The translations under genes and the position numbers were made by a program. From Nannocystis bainbridge (GTDB taxonomy: Bacteria; Myxococcota_A; Polyangia; Nannocystales; Nannocystaceae): a stretch of DNA of 64,000 nt. This document shows positions 40,562-50,432 of the stretch, piece by piece. The first letter of the stretch is position 1; each line of letters starts with the position of its first letter. The notes below the pieces were generated by a model. The model was not told the DNA's origin. It worked only from the letters and a program-made list of their open reading frames with translations, and did not search any database. The stretch spans positions 2,720,001 through 2,784,000 of the forward strand of contig NZ_JAQNDL010000003.1 in assembly GCF_028368995.1 (NCBI RefSeq), written 5' to 3'.

Positions 40562-41137
40562 ATGACACACACGACCTCGGACACCTGGCAGGGCGGCCTC
40601 ACCGCGGACCTCTCGAAGATCCTCCTGAGCGAGCAGCAGATCCAGGAGCGGGTCGCCCAGCTCGGGCGCACGCTTGCGAGCGAGTACGCCGGCAAGGACC
40701 CGCTGATGGTCGGCATCCTCAGCGGCAGCCTGCTGTTCATGGCCGACCTCGTGCGGCACATGAACATCCCGCTGTCGATCGACTTCATGGCCGTCTCGTC
40801 CTACGGCGATCGCACCACCTCCTCGGGCGAGGTGCGGATCTTGAAGGACCTCGGCAGCGCGGCCACCGGGCGCCACATCGTCCTCGTCGAGGACATCGTC
40901 GACAGCGGCCTGACCCTCGATTATCTGTGCGACATCCTGCGCACGCGCCACCCGGCCTCGCTCGAGATCTGCACCCTGCTCGACAAGCACGAGGCCCGCA
41001 AGCGGCCGCTCCAGGTCCGCCACGTCGGCTTCCCGTGCCCCAACGAGTTCGTGGTCGGCTACGGCCTCGACTACGCCGGCCACTACCGCAACCTCCCGTA
41101 CATCGGCGTGCTCAAGCCCGCGATCTACACCACCTGA
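40562..41137 (+). CDS. hpt: Hypoxanthine phosphoribosyltransferase
   Basis: VSSYG, PRPP motif VLVEDIVDSGLTL, FVVGYGLDY...YRNLPYI. Confidence 0.97.
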   Translation: MTHTTSDTWQGGLTADLSKILLSEQQIQERVAQLGRTLASEYAGKDPLMVGILSGSLLFMADLVRHMNIPLSIDFMAVSSYGDRTTSSGEVRILKDLGSAATGRHIVLVEDIVDSGLTLDYLCDILRTRHPASLEICTLLDKHEARKRPLQVRHVGFPCPNEFVVGYGLDYAGHYRNLPYIGVLKPAIYTT

Positions 41138-41150
41138 CCCAAAGGCCAGC

Positions 41151-42230
41151 ATGCCCGCCACTCTGACGCTGGAGCAGATCCAGCGCCTGCCGAAGACCGA
41201 CCTGCACGTCCACCTCGACGGCTCGATGCGGCTCGGCACGATCCTCGAGCTCGCGCGCGAGCGCGGCGTCAAGCTGCCGGCCGACACCCCCGAGGGGCTC
41301 GGCGCCGCCATGAACCTCGGGCAGAACGCCGGCAGCCTGGTCGCTTACCTCAAGGCGTTCGACGTCACCCTGCAGGTGCTGCAGGACGAGGAGGCCCTCT
41401 ACCGCGCCGCCTTCGAGCTCGCGGCCGACGCCGCCGCCGAGAACGTGCGCTACATGGAGGTCCGCTACTCGCCGATGCTGCACACCCGGCGCAAGCTCGG
41501 CCTCACCCGCGTGGTCGAGACCGTGCTGCGCGGCCTGCACGACGCCCAGCAGGCCCACAACATCGAGAGCAACTTGATCTTGTGCGGGATCCGCAACATC
41601 TCGCCCGAATCGTCGCTGCGGATGGCCGAGCTCGTGGTCGCCTACAAGAACCGCGGCGTCGTCGGTTTCGACCTCGCCGGCGCCGAGTACGACTACCCGC
41701 CCAAGGATCACCAGGAGGCCTTCAGCCTCGTCCGCCAGAACAATATCAACGTCACGATCCACGCCGGCGAGGCCTACGGTCCGGCCTCGATCGCGCAGGC
41801 GCTGCACGTGTGCGGCGCCCACCGGATCGGCCACGGCTGTCGCTTGCGCGAGGACGGCGACCTGCTCCGCTACGTAGTCGACCACCGGATCCCGCTCGAG
41901 TGTTGCCCGTCGTCGAACGTGCAGACCGGCGCCGTCAGCAGCATCGCCGAGCACCCGCTGCGCCTCTACTTCGACCTCGGCGCGCGCATCACCGTCAACA
42001 CCGACAACCGCCTTATCACCGACACCACCGTCTCGCGCGAGCTCCACCTGCTCCACACCGAGCTCGACTTCGACTTCGCCGCCCTCCGCCAGGTCATCCT
42101 CAACGGCTTCAAGAGCGCCTTCTTGCCGTATCACGAGAAGCGCAGGTTCATGCGCGCCACCGTGGCCGAGCTCGACGCGTTCGCGCGCGAGCACGACCTC
42201 GGCGAGACCGAGCCCGCCGACCCGGGCTGA
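41151..42230 (+). CDS. add: Adenosine deaminase
   Basis: LPKTDLHVHLDGS, GFDLAG.E, TIHAGE, RIGHG, CPSSN, NTDN. Confidence 0.96.
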   Translation: MPATLTLEQIQRLPKTDLHVHLDGSMRLGTILELARERGVKLPADTPEGLGAAMNLGQNAGSLVAYLKAFDVTLQVLQDEEALYRAAFELAADAAAENVRYMEVRYSPMLHTRRKLGLTRVVETVLRGLHDAQQAHNIESNLILCGIRNISPESSLRMAELVVAYKNRGVVGFDLAGAEYDYPPKDHQEAFSLVRQNNINVTIHAGEAYGPASIAQALHVCGAHRIGHGCRLREDGDLLRYVVDHRIPLECCPSSNVQTGAVSSIAEHPLRLYFDLGARITVNTDNRLITDTTVSRELHLLHTELDFDFAALRQVILNGFKSAFLPYHEKRRFMRATVAELDAFAREHDLGETEPADPG

Positions 42231-42398
42231 CCGCGAGGCAGTCGACCGCTGGCTCGGCTTCGCCGGATCGGCGGGCGCGCCCGGGACCTGCGCCCGCGCT
42301 CCACGCGGCCGATCGACGGCGGTCGGCGGGCCGGGGCCTGTTCCCCTCGCGCGGCGGTGGTTCTGGCCAGCCGACGCCGATGCAGGCATCCTCGGAGG

Positions 42399-43862
42399 AT
42401 GGCGAGGCAGCGCGACTGGATTGGCTCGGTCATCCTCCTGTTCGGCTGCCAGGACCCGATCGGCATGGACGACACGGGGACTGGCGCGACCGATGCGACC
42501 ACCACGACGAGCATGCCCGGCCCCGGCTCGGAGTCGGCCTCGCAGACCAGCGTCACCGCATCGGAGACCGATCCACCGACGGGCACCGGACCTACGACCT
42601 CGGAGCTGCCCGGCACCACGATCGGCCCCTCGACCAGCACCGGCGAGGACACGAGCACGAGCACCGGTGGGCCGATCGCTTGCGACGAGCTCCTCGTCTT
42701 CGAGGGCCCGCTCGAGATCTTCGACGACACCGATCCGGCCAGCCTGGAATGCATCGTCGAGATCACCGGCGACCTGCTGATTCGGAACACCACGTCGCTG
42801 GTCTCCTTCGAGTCGCTGGGGAACCTGCAGCGGGTCGGCGGCAAGGTCCGGATCGAGAACAACGCCACGCTCGCGTCCCTCGACGGCCTCGCTAGCCTGC
42901 AGGTCGTCGAGGGCAAGAACACGACCCCGTTCATGTACATCTTCGACAACCCTTCGCTCACCGACATCAGCGACCTGCAGGCGCTGCGGCACGTCGGGCT
43001 GGTGAGCATCGCCGGGTGCGACGCGCTCACCGACCTCACGGGCCTCGCCGGGATCGTCGAGCCCGGCTGGAGCCTCCACCTCGGCGGCAACGCCGAGCTG
43101 AGCTCGCTCGCCAGCCTCGCAGGGATCACCGGCTTCAGCGGCAGCCTGGAGATCGGCTTCAACCCGAAGCTCGCCGACCTCGGCCCGCTCGCCGACATCC
43201 TCGCGCCGAACATGGCGCGGCTCAGCATCAGCGGCCTCCCGCTGCTCCCGGATCTCCAGGGGCTCGAGTCGGTCGAGACGCTCGGCTCGCTCGAGATCCG
43301 GGACAACCCCGGCCTCGTCGACCTCTCGGGCCTGGACGGTCTCTCGTCCGTGAGCGCCGACGCGTGGCTGGTCGGCAACGCCAAGCTCGCCAGCCTCGAC
43401 GGGCTCCAGGCGCTCACGGAGGTCGGCGGCCTGCAGATCGAGGGCCACCCGCAGCTGGCGTCCCTCGACGGGCTCCAGGCGCTCGCACAGGCCGCCCGCC
43501 TGCGGCTCGAGGACAACCCGAAGCTGACCAGCCTCACGGCGCTGGAGAGCCTGAACAGCATCAGCGAGCACCTCGAGATCGGCTACTGCGACGCGATGGG
43601 CAACGACGCCCTGATCGACCTGCACGGCCTCGAGAACCTCACCACCCTCGGCGGCCTGAGCCTCTACCAAAACGACGCCCTGCAGTCGATCGGCGCGCTC
43701 CCGCAGGGCATCGGGCTCGAGTTCCTGTGGGCGTTCAACAACCCGATGCTGCCGACTCCCATGCTGGAGGACTACGCCGCGGAGACCATGTCCGACCCAT
43801 CCTTCTCCCTGTGCAACAACGGCGGCGCGCCGGCGGCCTGCTTCTGCGTCATCCCCCCGTGA
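42399..43862 (+). CDS. Lipoprotein with receptor L-domain/leucine-rich repeats (copy 1)
   Basis: GGAGG upstream; LLFGC lipobox; T/S linker; repeated NxxLxSLDGLxxLxxV. Confidence 0.88.
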   Translation: MARQRDWIGSVILLFGCQDPIGMDDTGTGATDATTTTSMPGPGSESASQTSVTASETDPPTGTGPTTSELPGTTIGPSTSTGEDTSTSTGGPIACDELLVFEGPLEIFDDTDPASLECIVEITGDLLIRNTTSLVSFESLGNLQRVGGKVRIENNATLASLDGLASLQVVEGKNTTPFMYIFDNPSLTDISDLQALRHVGLVSIAGCDALTDLTGLAGIVEPGWSLHLGGNAELSSLASLAGITGFSGSLEIGFNPKLADLGPLADILAPNMARLSISGLPLLPDLQGLESVETLGSLEIRDNPGLVDLSGLDGLSSVSADAWLVGNAKLASLDGLQALTEVGGLQIEGHPQLASLDGLQALAQAARLRLEDNPKLTSLTALESLNSISEHLEIGYCDAMGNDALIDLHGLENLTTLGGLSLYQNDALQSIGALPQGIGLEFLWAFNNPMLPTPMLEDYAAETMSDPSFSLCNNGGAPAACFCVIPP

Positions 43863-43959
43863 CGGCCGCGCTGGGCCGAGCCGCACCCGACGCAGAGCGC
43901 TCCGACCCCGGCATCGCACTCGCCTTCACCGCATCCCCGCCCCGCGTCAGGTCCGCCGT

Positions 43960-44052
43960 ACACGAGGAGCGCCGGTGCGTGCGCGCCACCGTGACCGAGC
44001 TCGACGCGTTCGCTCGCGACGACCCTCTCGGTGAGACCGAGCCCGCCGGCCT
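43960..44052 (+). pseudogene. Diverged duplicate of the last ~30 codons of add
   Basis: HEERRCVRATVTELDAFARDDPLGETEPA versus add HEKRRFMRATVAELDAFAREHDLGETEPA. Confidence 0.85.
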
Positions 44053-44177
44053 GCGACGGGTCGACCGCGAGACCCTTCGCACTCGCGCTCGCGCGTGCCG
44101 GTCTGCGGGCCCGCGGCGGCATCCGCCCCCCCCGACGCCGCTGGCCTCCCACGCGCCGATGCACCATCCTCGAGCGA

Positions 44178-45173
44178 ATGGCGACCCCGCGCGCGCTCCT
44201 TGGTTTGGGACTGTTTTTGTTCGGCTGCCAGAACCCCGGCGGCGAGACGGGCACCGGAGACACGGACGCCACGACTTCGACCTCGACGGTCCCCGGCACC
44301 GAGTCGGGCTCGCAGACCGGCGCCTCCGCGTCGGAGACCAGCGCTCCGACCAGCAGCACTTCGACCAGCGAAGACCCGACCCCCACGAGCGGCGAGGTCT
44401 CGACCACCCTGGTCTCGACCACCGTCGACACCTCCACCACCTTCGCCTCCACCACCGACGACACCTCCACCACCGAGCCGGGCACCACCGGCACCATGAT
44501 GGGCTGTGACGAGCCGGTCGTGTTCGAGGGCACCCTCACCATCACCGAGGCCACCGATTTGGCCGGCCTCGAGTGCATCGTCGAGATCACCGGCGACCTG
44601 CATGTCCAACACACCCTGACGCTGGCCTCGTTCGCCGAGCTGGGCAACTTGAAGCTCGTCGGCGGTTTGATCGTGTTCGAGTCGAACGCCCTGCTCCCCA
44701 ACCTCGACGGCCTCAAGAGCCTGGAGAGAGCCCAGGGGCTGATCTTGATCAACAACCCGCAGCTCACCAGCTTCGACGGGCTGGAGTCGCTGACGCAGCT
44801 CGGCAACCTGAAACTCGAGTCCAACCATGCGCTGACGAACGTCAAGGCGCTGACCAACCTCGAGATCCTCGAGAGCCTCGAGGTCGGCGTATGCGGGGGT
44901 GATGGCAACGACGCGCTGGTCGATCTCCAGGGCCTCGAGAACCTCACCGCGCTCGACTCCTTGACCTTCGACAGCAACGACGGCCTGAAGTCGATCGACG
45001 CCCTGCCGCACGACATCGGCCTCACCTGGCTCGCGGCCCACAACAACCCGCAGCTGCCGGCGGCGATGCTCGAGGCGTACCTCGCGGAGACCATGCTGGA
45101 CCCGGAGGATCAGCTCTGCGGCAACGCCGACATGCCGCCGCCGGGCCTGTGCGGCTGCACCATCCCGCCGTGA
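44178..45173 (+). CDS. Lipoprotein with receptor L-domain repeats (shorter paralog, copy 2)
   Basis: LFLFGC lipobox; shares CDE..VFEG.L.I, LECIVEITGDL, GNDAL.DL.GLENLT and C-terminal C.C.IPP with copy 1. Confidence 0.88.
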   Translation: MATPRALLGLGLFLFGCQNPGGETGTGDTDATTSTSTVPGTESGSQTGASASETSAPTSSTSTSEDPTPTSGEVSTTLVSTTVDTSTTFASTTDDTSTTEPGTTGTMMGCDEPVVFEGTLTITEATDLAGLECIVEITGDLHVQHTLTLASFAELGNLKLVGGLIVFESNALLPNLDGLKSLERAQGLILINNPQLTSFDGLESLTQLGNLKLESNHALTNVKALTNLEILESLEVGVCGGDGNDALVDLQGLENLTALDSLTFDSNDGLKSIDALPHDIGLTWLAAHNNPQLPAAMLEAYLAETMLDPEDQLCGNADMPPPGLCGCTIPP

Positions 45174-45224
45174 GCCGCGCGCGGGCGACGGACGCGAGGC
45201 TTCCCCGCGTCCGCGTCCCCCGAA

Positions 45225-45779
45225 TCACGGCACCTGCACGTATACGTAGTCGTGCCCCGGATGGTCGGCGTCGCTGCCGGCCGCCTGATGGCAGGTGACG
45301 CACACGCTCATCGCCGGTCCGGCGTCGCCGAGGCCGTCGGCCACGATCCCGTCGGCGTCGTGAGGCGCCGGATGATCGGACGGTACCTCCTCATACCAGT
45401 ACCAGCTGCCGCCGTCGGTCCCTGGTTTCACGTGGCGGTAGACCGCGTAGCCGATGATCGCGGCCCCGTCGGCGTCGTACAGCTCCTTCACCGCCGCCGA
45501 CCCGACCGGGTACTCGCCGTCGCCGTGCATCGCCAGCGCGTCGTTGCTGCAGATCCGCTGCTTTCCGTGCGGCGACACCCCGATCGTCGCGTCGTGGGCG
45601 CTGGCCTCGCAGGCCGCCCATTGTTTGTAGTGGCCCTCCGCCAACCATTCGCGCATCGCCACCTTCCCGCTGGTCGGCGGCACCTGGGCCGTGTCGTCGG
45701 GGCTGTCGGTCGTGCTGCTGCCGTCGTCGCCGCAGCCGGCGAGCAGCGCGAAGGCGATGAGACATGTCCAGATCTTCAT
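45225..45779 (-). CDS. c-type cytochrome lipoprotein, cytochrome P460-like
   Basis: AGGAGG RBS; LLAGC lipobox; YPVGSAAVKE, GGSWYWYE, C-terminal CVTCH, DYVY. Confidence 0.75.
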   Translation of the reverse strand: MKIWTCLIAFALLAGCGDDGSSTTDSPDDTAQVPPTSGKVAMREWLAEGHYKQWAACEASAHDATIGVSPHGKQRICSNDALAMHGDGEYPVGSAAVKELYDADGAAIIGYAVYRHVKPGTDGGSWYWYEEVPSDHPAPHDADGIVADGLGDAGPAMSVCVTCHQAAGSDADHPGHDYVYVQVP

Positions 45780-45965
45780 GAAGTCCTCCTGTCGAGATTG
45801 CCGCGCGACCTCCGGGTCGCCGAGCACCAACGGGGAGCCGCGCCTGGTGTTACGCGAATTCTCCGGCGCCAGAAGAAATCACGGCCGGATGCGCCGGCGC
45901 GACCGCGCCCCCTTCGAGCGCTTGTCAACCTCGCGCCGCCTTGCTAACCCACCAGGCGGTCCGCC

Positions 45966-47207
45966 TTGGTCACCCCGATCGCCCGCTACGCGCCTGCCCT
46001 CTTCGACCTCGCCCAGGACATCGTCGGCGGCCTCCCGCTGCGCCTGCTCGAGCAGTGGTGGGCCAGCGAGCAGACCGAGGCCGACGCGCTGCGCCTGCTC
46101 GCCGCCTGCAGGGTCACCGGCTACAACGTCGTCTCCGACGCCGCCGGCCTGACGCGCCTGACCGCCGAGCGCGGGTTGATGGAGATCCTCGCCATCATCG
46201 ATCAGCCCAAGGCGATCGTCCACGATCACGGACTCGCGCTCGGCGGCGAGAGCGTCGGGATCTGGGCCGCCGACAACACCCAGATGTTCTACCCCGCCGC
46301 GCTCGCGCCCGAGCGCCTGCTCGCCTCGCTGCTCGCCGTGCAGGACCAGGTCGCCCGCCGCTGCGCCATCAAGATCGGCCTCGCCGCCCACTTCGGCGAG
46401 TTCTACGGCGCCGGCGGCGGCCTGTACGGCGACGCCTCCGACGCGATCGAGGCGTTCGCCGAGGACCACGTCGCCGGCGGCGAGATCGTCGTCAGCCAGG
46501 CCGTCGTCGCTCGCCTGCCGCCCGCGCACGGCTTCACCCTCGCGCCCATCGGCGACACCGCCGCGCTCGAGCGGCTGTGGCGCGTCGTCGACGGTCCGCG
46601 CCTGTCCCTCGAGACAGCAACGACTCGGCGCTACCCGATCCCCTACTCGGACGCTTTTTATGCCGACCTCGTGCGCTTCGAGGGTCGCCTCGGCGATCCG
46701 GAGCTCGCGCGCGAGATGACCGCCAAGTACACCCGGCACAAGGTCGTGGTCCTGATCGAGCGTCACGCCCAGGACGCCGAGAGCCAGGCGATCGCGCTGT
46801 TCACCAACCTCTCGCTGTCGGCGCGGATGAAGGACGTCGGCCTGCGTCACCTCGACGGCGACCACGGGGCCGAGGTCAAGGTCAGCGGGCCGCTCGGGAT
46901 CTACACCTTCGACGATCCGGCGCGCGCCCTGGCGTTCGCCCGCGGCTTCCGCGGCGAGCTCGCGGACGCCGGCATCGATTGCCGGATCGGCGTCGACCAG
47001 GGCCCCGTGCTGGTGTTCGACCTCGCCGGCGGCGGCAAGGACATCGCCGGCATGCCGGTCAACATCGCCTCGAAAATGGCCCAGGACTGCGGCGAGTGGG
47101 GCAAGCTGTACCTCAGCGATCGCGTGCACGCCGGCCTCGAAGTCCCCGAGTTCCGCGAGCGCCGCTTCACCGTCTCGGGCCTGCAGCTGCGCGCCTTCGA
47201 GGGCTGA
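45966..47207 (+). CDS. Protein with two divergent class III nucleotide-cyclase-like domains
   Basis: VSDAAGLT, ADN, IKIGLAAHFGE...YGDA; second domain CRIGVDQGPV...DIAGMPVNIASKM. Confidence 0.72.
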   Translation: MVTPIARYAPALFDLAQDIVGGLPLRLLEQWWASEQTEADALRLLAACRVTGYNVVSDAAGLTRLTAERGLMEILAIIDQPKAIVHDHGLALGGESVGIWAADNTQMFYPAALAPERLLASLLAVQDQVARRCAIKIGLAAHFGEFYGAGGGLYGDASDAIEAFAEDHVAGGEIVVSQAVVARLPPAHGFTLAPIGDTAALERLWRVVDGPRLSLETATTRRYPIPYSDAFYADLVRFEGRLGDPELAREMTAKYTRHKVVVLIERHAQDAESQAIALFTNLSLSARMKDVGLRHLDGDHGAEVKVSGPLGIYTFDDPARALAFARGFRGELADAGIDCRIGVDQGPVLVFDLAGGGKDIAGMPVNIASKMAQDCGEWGKLYLSDRVHAGLEVPEFRERRFTVSGLQLRAFEG

Positions 47208-47587
47208 CGGGCCGCGCCGCGCGGTCGCCGATCTCACCCGCCTGCTCGGCGACGCCGACCCCCCCGTCCGCCGCCAGGCCGCGCTCGCGCTCGGCAATTG
47301 CGGCGCCGCTGCGTAATGTGCAGTGCCCGCATTGACCGACCTCGCCGCCGATCTCGATCCGCAAGGCCGACGAAGCGGTCGCCAAAACCGCAGCGTCACA
47401 ACTGTCACGATAGCGGTCACCACAATCGCCGCGGCCGTGCGCAGCGTGCTCCCCGCCACGCCGCAGACCCGCCTCAAACAGCCCTATTCTCCGGATTTGC
47501 GGCCTTCCAGCGCCGACGTCCGATCGCGGTCCGATGGGCCGAAGCGGGTCCGATCGAACAATCCAAGCCCATGCTATTCAATATTCC

Positions 47588-48445
47588 ATGTTCATCTCGA
47601 CACGTATTCACCTCTGCATCGTCGCCTCGACGCTCCTGGCGTGCACGTTCCAGAGCAAGCTCTACGACAGCGCGAGCGACCCTGCGAGCTCCGACACCGA
47701 AGGCGAGTCCTCGCAATCGCCGGGCGGCTCCGACGGCGAGAGCACCTATCAAGGTACCACCGACGAACCGGCCGCGACGGAGCCCGAGCCGGCCACGGCC
47801 ACGTCGTGGGTCGGGACCACCGACGCGGGCTGGACCTCCACCACCGACCCGACTTGGACCTCCACCACCGGCTTCTCGACCGACAGCCACGGCGAGACCA
47901 CCGCCGCCGTGACCACCGAATGGGAGACCGGCACCACCGGCGTCTCCTCCTCGTACACCACCTCAGCGCCGGAGGAGCCCGTGCCGTGCGAGGGCGAGGC
48001 CGAGCCGATCGACGCCGAGGTGCTGGCCTACCTCGAGTCGCAGATCGCCGCCGACCCGGACAGCGCCGGCACCACCGGCGAGGACGACGACCCGAACCTG
48101 CTTTACGTCCGCTTCTCGAGCGAGACCCACAGTTGCGCCGACCCACACGACCGCATCGGCTGCGGCCAACAATGGGAGCTGTCTGTGCGGATCCCCAGCG
48201 CCTTCCAGGCCCCGGGCCTCTATGCCCTCTCGTGGCCCGGCGTGTACGCCTTCGGCCTCGAGACCGACACTGACCAGGGCGGCGACAACTGTAGCAGCGG
48301 CGGCAGCGAGGCCAAGGGCACGCTCGAGATCATCGCCATCGACGGGGACAAGGTCGTCGGCCGCCTGTGCCACGTGAAGTGGTCGGGCTTCGGCAATGAC
48401 TTCGCGCTCGACGGCAAGTTCATCGCCCCGCGCTGCCCCGAGTGA
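47588..48445 (+). CDS. Hypothetical lipoprotein with a T/S/E-rich linker
   Basis: TLLAC lipobox; low-complexity linker; Cys-containing C-terminal domain ending APRCPE. Confidence 0.8.
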   Translation: MFISTRIHLCIVASTLLACTFQSKLYDSASDPASSDTEGESSQSPGGSDGESTYQGTTDEPAATEPEPATATSWVGTTDAGWTSTTDPTWTSTTGFSTDSHGETTAAVTTEWETGTTGVSSSYTTSAPEEPVPCEGEAEPIDAEVLAYLESQIAADPDSAGTTGEDDDPNLLYVRFSSETHSCADPHDRIGCGQQWELSVRIPSAFQAPGLYALSWPGVYAFGLETDTDQGGDNCSSGGSEAKGTLEIIAIDGDKVVGRLCHVKWSGFGNDFALDGKFIAPRCPE

Positions 48446-48708
48446 GACGCGGCGACCTGCGGGCACGCGATCCTGTGATTCGCGTGTCCGCGCCGATGGC
48501 CGTGTGGGCATCCAGACCGCGCAAGATCTGGCGTTGGTGGCTCTCGAAGAGGCGCGGCGCTCCACGGCAGCGAATCACGGCACGCTCGTCAGGCCGTGGG
48601 CCTCGCCTGCCGGTCCCGGGACGGTGAGGCCGTGGCCATCGAGCGCAGCTGCTCGCCAGGTGTTGACGCTGCGCGTCAACGAGCAGCGGCTCTGACGTGA
48701 GCGCGGCT

Positions 48709-50118
48709 TCAGGCCGCCGCTGCTGCTGCCTGATCGGCGCGGCCGAGCAGCGCGTCTGCGGCCGGACCGATCACCCCGATCAGCGCGTCGCGGCACAGCG
48801 TCACCTGCTCGTCGGGCATCAGCCGCCCGTGCGCGCGCAGCAGCTCCGGATCGGCGTCTGCCGGCCACGGGCGGACGCCGACCGGCTCGCGCAGGGCCGC
48901 GGCGAACGCCTCGCGCACCGCCTCGCGCACCGCGGGCGAGCGGCCGAGGGCCCACTGCACGAACCGCCAGGCCAGCTGCGAGTGGCGGCCCTCGTCGACG
49001 GCGATCTGCCGCAGCACGCTGCGGACCACGTAGTCGCTGGTCTGGAACGCGGCGACCTGGGCCAGCAGGGCCGCCAGCGTCTCGCCGACGCAGCCCTCGC
49101 GCACCGCCGCGGCGGCCAGCGCCGGCAGGTCGCTGTCGCCGAGCGCATCGGACATGTCCAAACGGCCAGGTCCCATCGGGCTGCCCGCGTACGCGCCCGC
49201 CAGCGCGTAGCAGGCGCGCGCGTGTGCGATCTCGTCGGCCATCGCCCGCTGCGCCCCGTCGACCAGCGACGCCGGCGCGCCGATGGCCAGCAGCTGCAGC
49301 GCGAAGCGGGCGAACGAGGCCACCGACGCGTGCTCCTCGGCCGCCGTCGCGCCCCACAGCTCGGCCAGCGCGGCGCGGGTCGGCTCGTCGAGGCCCGTGA
49401 GCGACGGCAAGATCTGACCCTGCCAGTCGCTGCGGCGCAGGCTCGGCGCCACCCGGCCCGCGCCCTCGACCATGAACGGCCGGCCCTCGCACACCATCCC
49501 GTCGCCGTGGGCGACGAAGTAGCAGCACTGGTCCGGAGCGGCCGGCATCGGGTCCGGCCCGCACTGCACGGTCAGATCGGTGTAACTGCAGAACGGGTCG
49601 CCGGTGGCCGCCGCGTTGGCCCAGCTCTGGCTGCACGCCTCGTCGCAGGCGGCGCAGTCGGCCAGGCCGTCGGGCACCGGGAAGCACACGTACTTCTGCA
49701 TCAGCCCCGGCGGCGGCGGCTCGCACGTGAACTCGCCCGGCTCGTCGGTGGTCCCGGGCTCGCCCGTCGTCGTCGTCGTGCTCGTCGTCGTGCCGCTGGT
49801 CTCGCCGGTCGTGCTGGTGGTCTCCTCGCCGGTGATCGTGTTCGGCGTCGTCGTCGTGCCCGGCGCGGTCGTGGCCTCGCTCGTCGAGGTCGTCACGCCC
49901 TCCGTGGTGGCCGTCAATTCGCCCGGGTCATCGGTCGTGCCGGTGAGCGGCCCCGACGTCACTGCGCCGGTGGTCGAAGTGGTCGAGCTGGTCGAGGTCG
50001 ATTCGGGTTCGGTCCCCGCGTTCGTCTCGCTGCTCGCGCCCCCGCAGGCGGCCACCAGCCCCAGCGCCGCCATCAGCTCGACATAGAAGGCGCGGGTCAC
50101 GGCAAAGTGGGAGCGCAT
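48709..50118 (-). CDS. Ferritin-like-domain lipoprotein
   Basis: VAAC lipobox, Thr linker, Cys-rich segment, GRPF; EEHASVASF, DEIAH, EGCVGET, DEGRH di-iron-type motifs. Confidence 0.85.
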   Translation of the reverse strand: MRSHFAVTRAFYVELMAALGLVAACGGASSETNAGTEPESTSTSSTTSTTGAVTSGPLTGTTDDPGELTATTEGVTTSTSEATTAPGTTTTPNTITGEETTSTTGETSGTTTSTTTTTGEPGTTDEPGEFTCEPPPPGLMQKYVCFPVPDGLADCAACDEACSQSWANAAATGDPFCSYTDLTVQCGPDPMPAAPDQCCYFVAHGDGMVCEGRPFMVEGAGRVAPSLRRSDWQGQILPSLTGLDEPTRAALAELWGATAAEEHASVASFARFALQLLAIGAPASLVDGAQRAMADEIAHARACYALAGAYAGSPMGPGRLDMSDALGDSDLPALAAAAVREGCVGETLAALLAQVAAFQTSDYVVRSVLRQIAVDEGRHSQLAWRFVQWALGRSPAVREAVREAFAAALREPVGVRPWPADADPELLRAHGRLMPDEQVTLCRDALIGVIGPAADALLGRADQAAAAAA

Positions 50119-50432
50119 GCGGGAAACCTAGCCAAGCCCTGCCGGGCACGCCACCGGGCTCATGCGATTCGCGCCACCACCCGCGCCCCGTGTTCGCCCG
50201 CCCTCCGTCGATCACATCCGGTGCCGTGAAGCAGGCCCACGAAATGCGGCGCTCGTCACCAGTTCGCGCAGTTGCGCGCACCTGTCCCTTCGGACATCCG
50301 AGTGGGCCCGATCGCAACGCTCGCATGGGTAAAAGCAACGTGTTTCAACCGACCTCGTCGGCAGTCGCCGGGGCCGGCACCCACGTTCGCGGGCCCGATC
50401 TCTCCGGCACCTCGCTCGTCGCCGCCAGCGAG

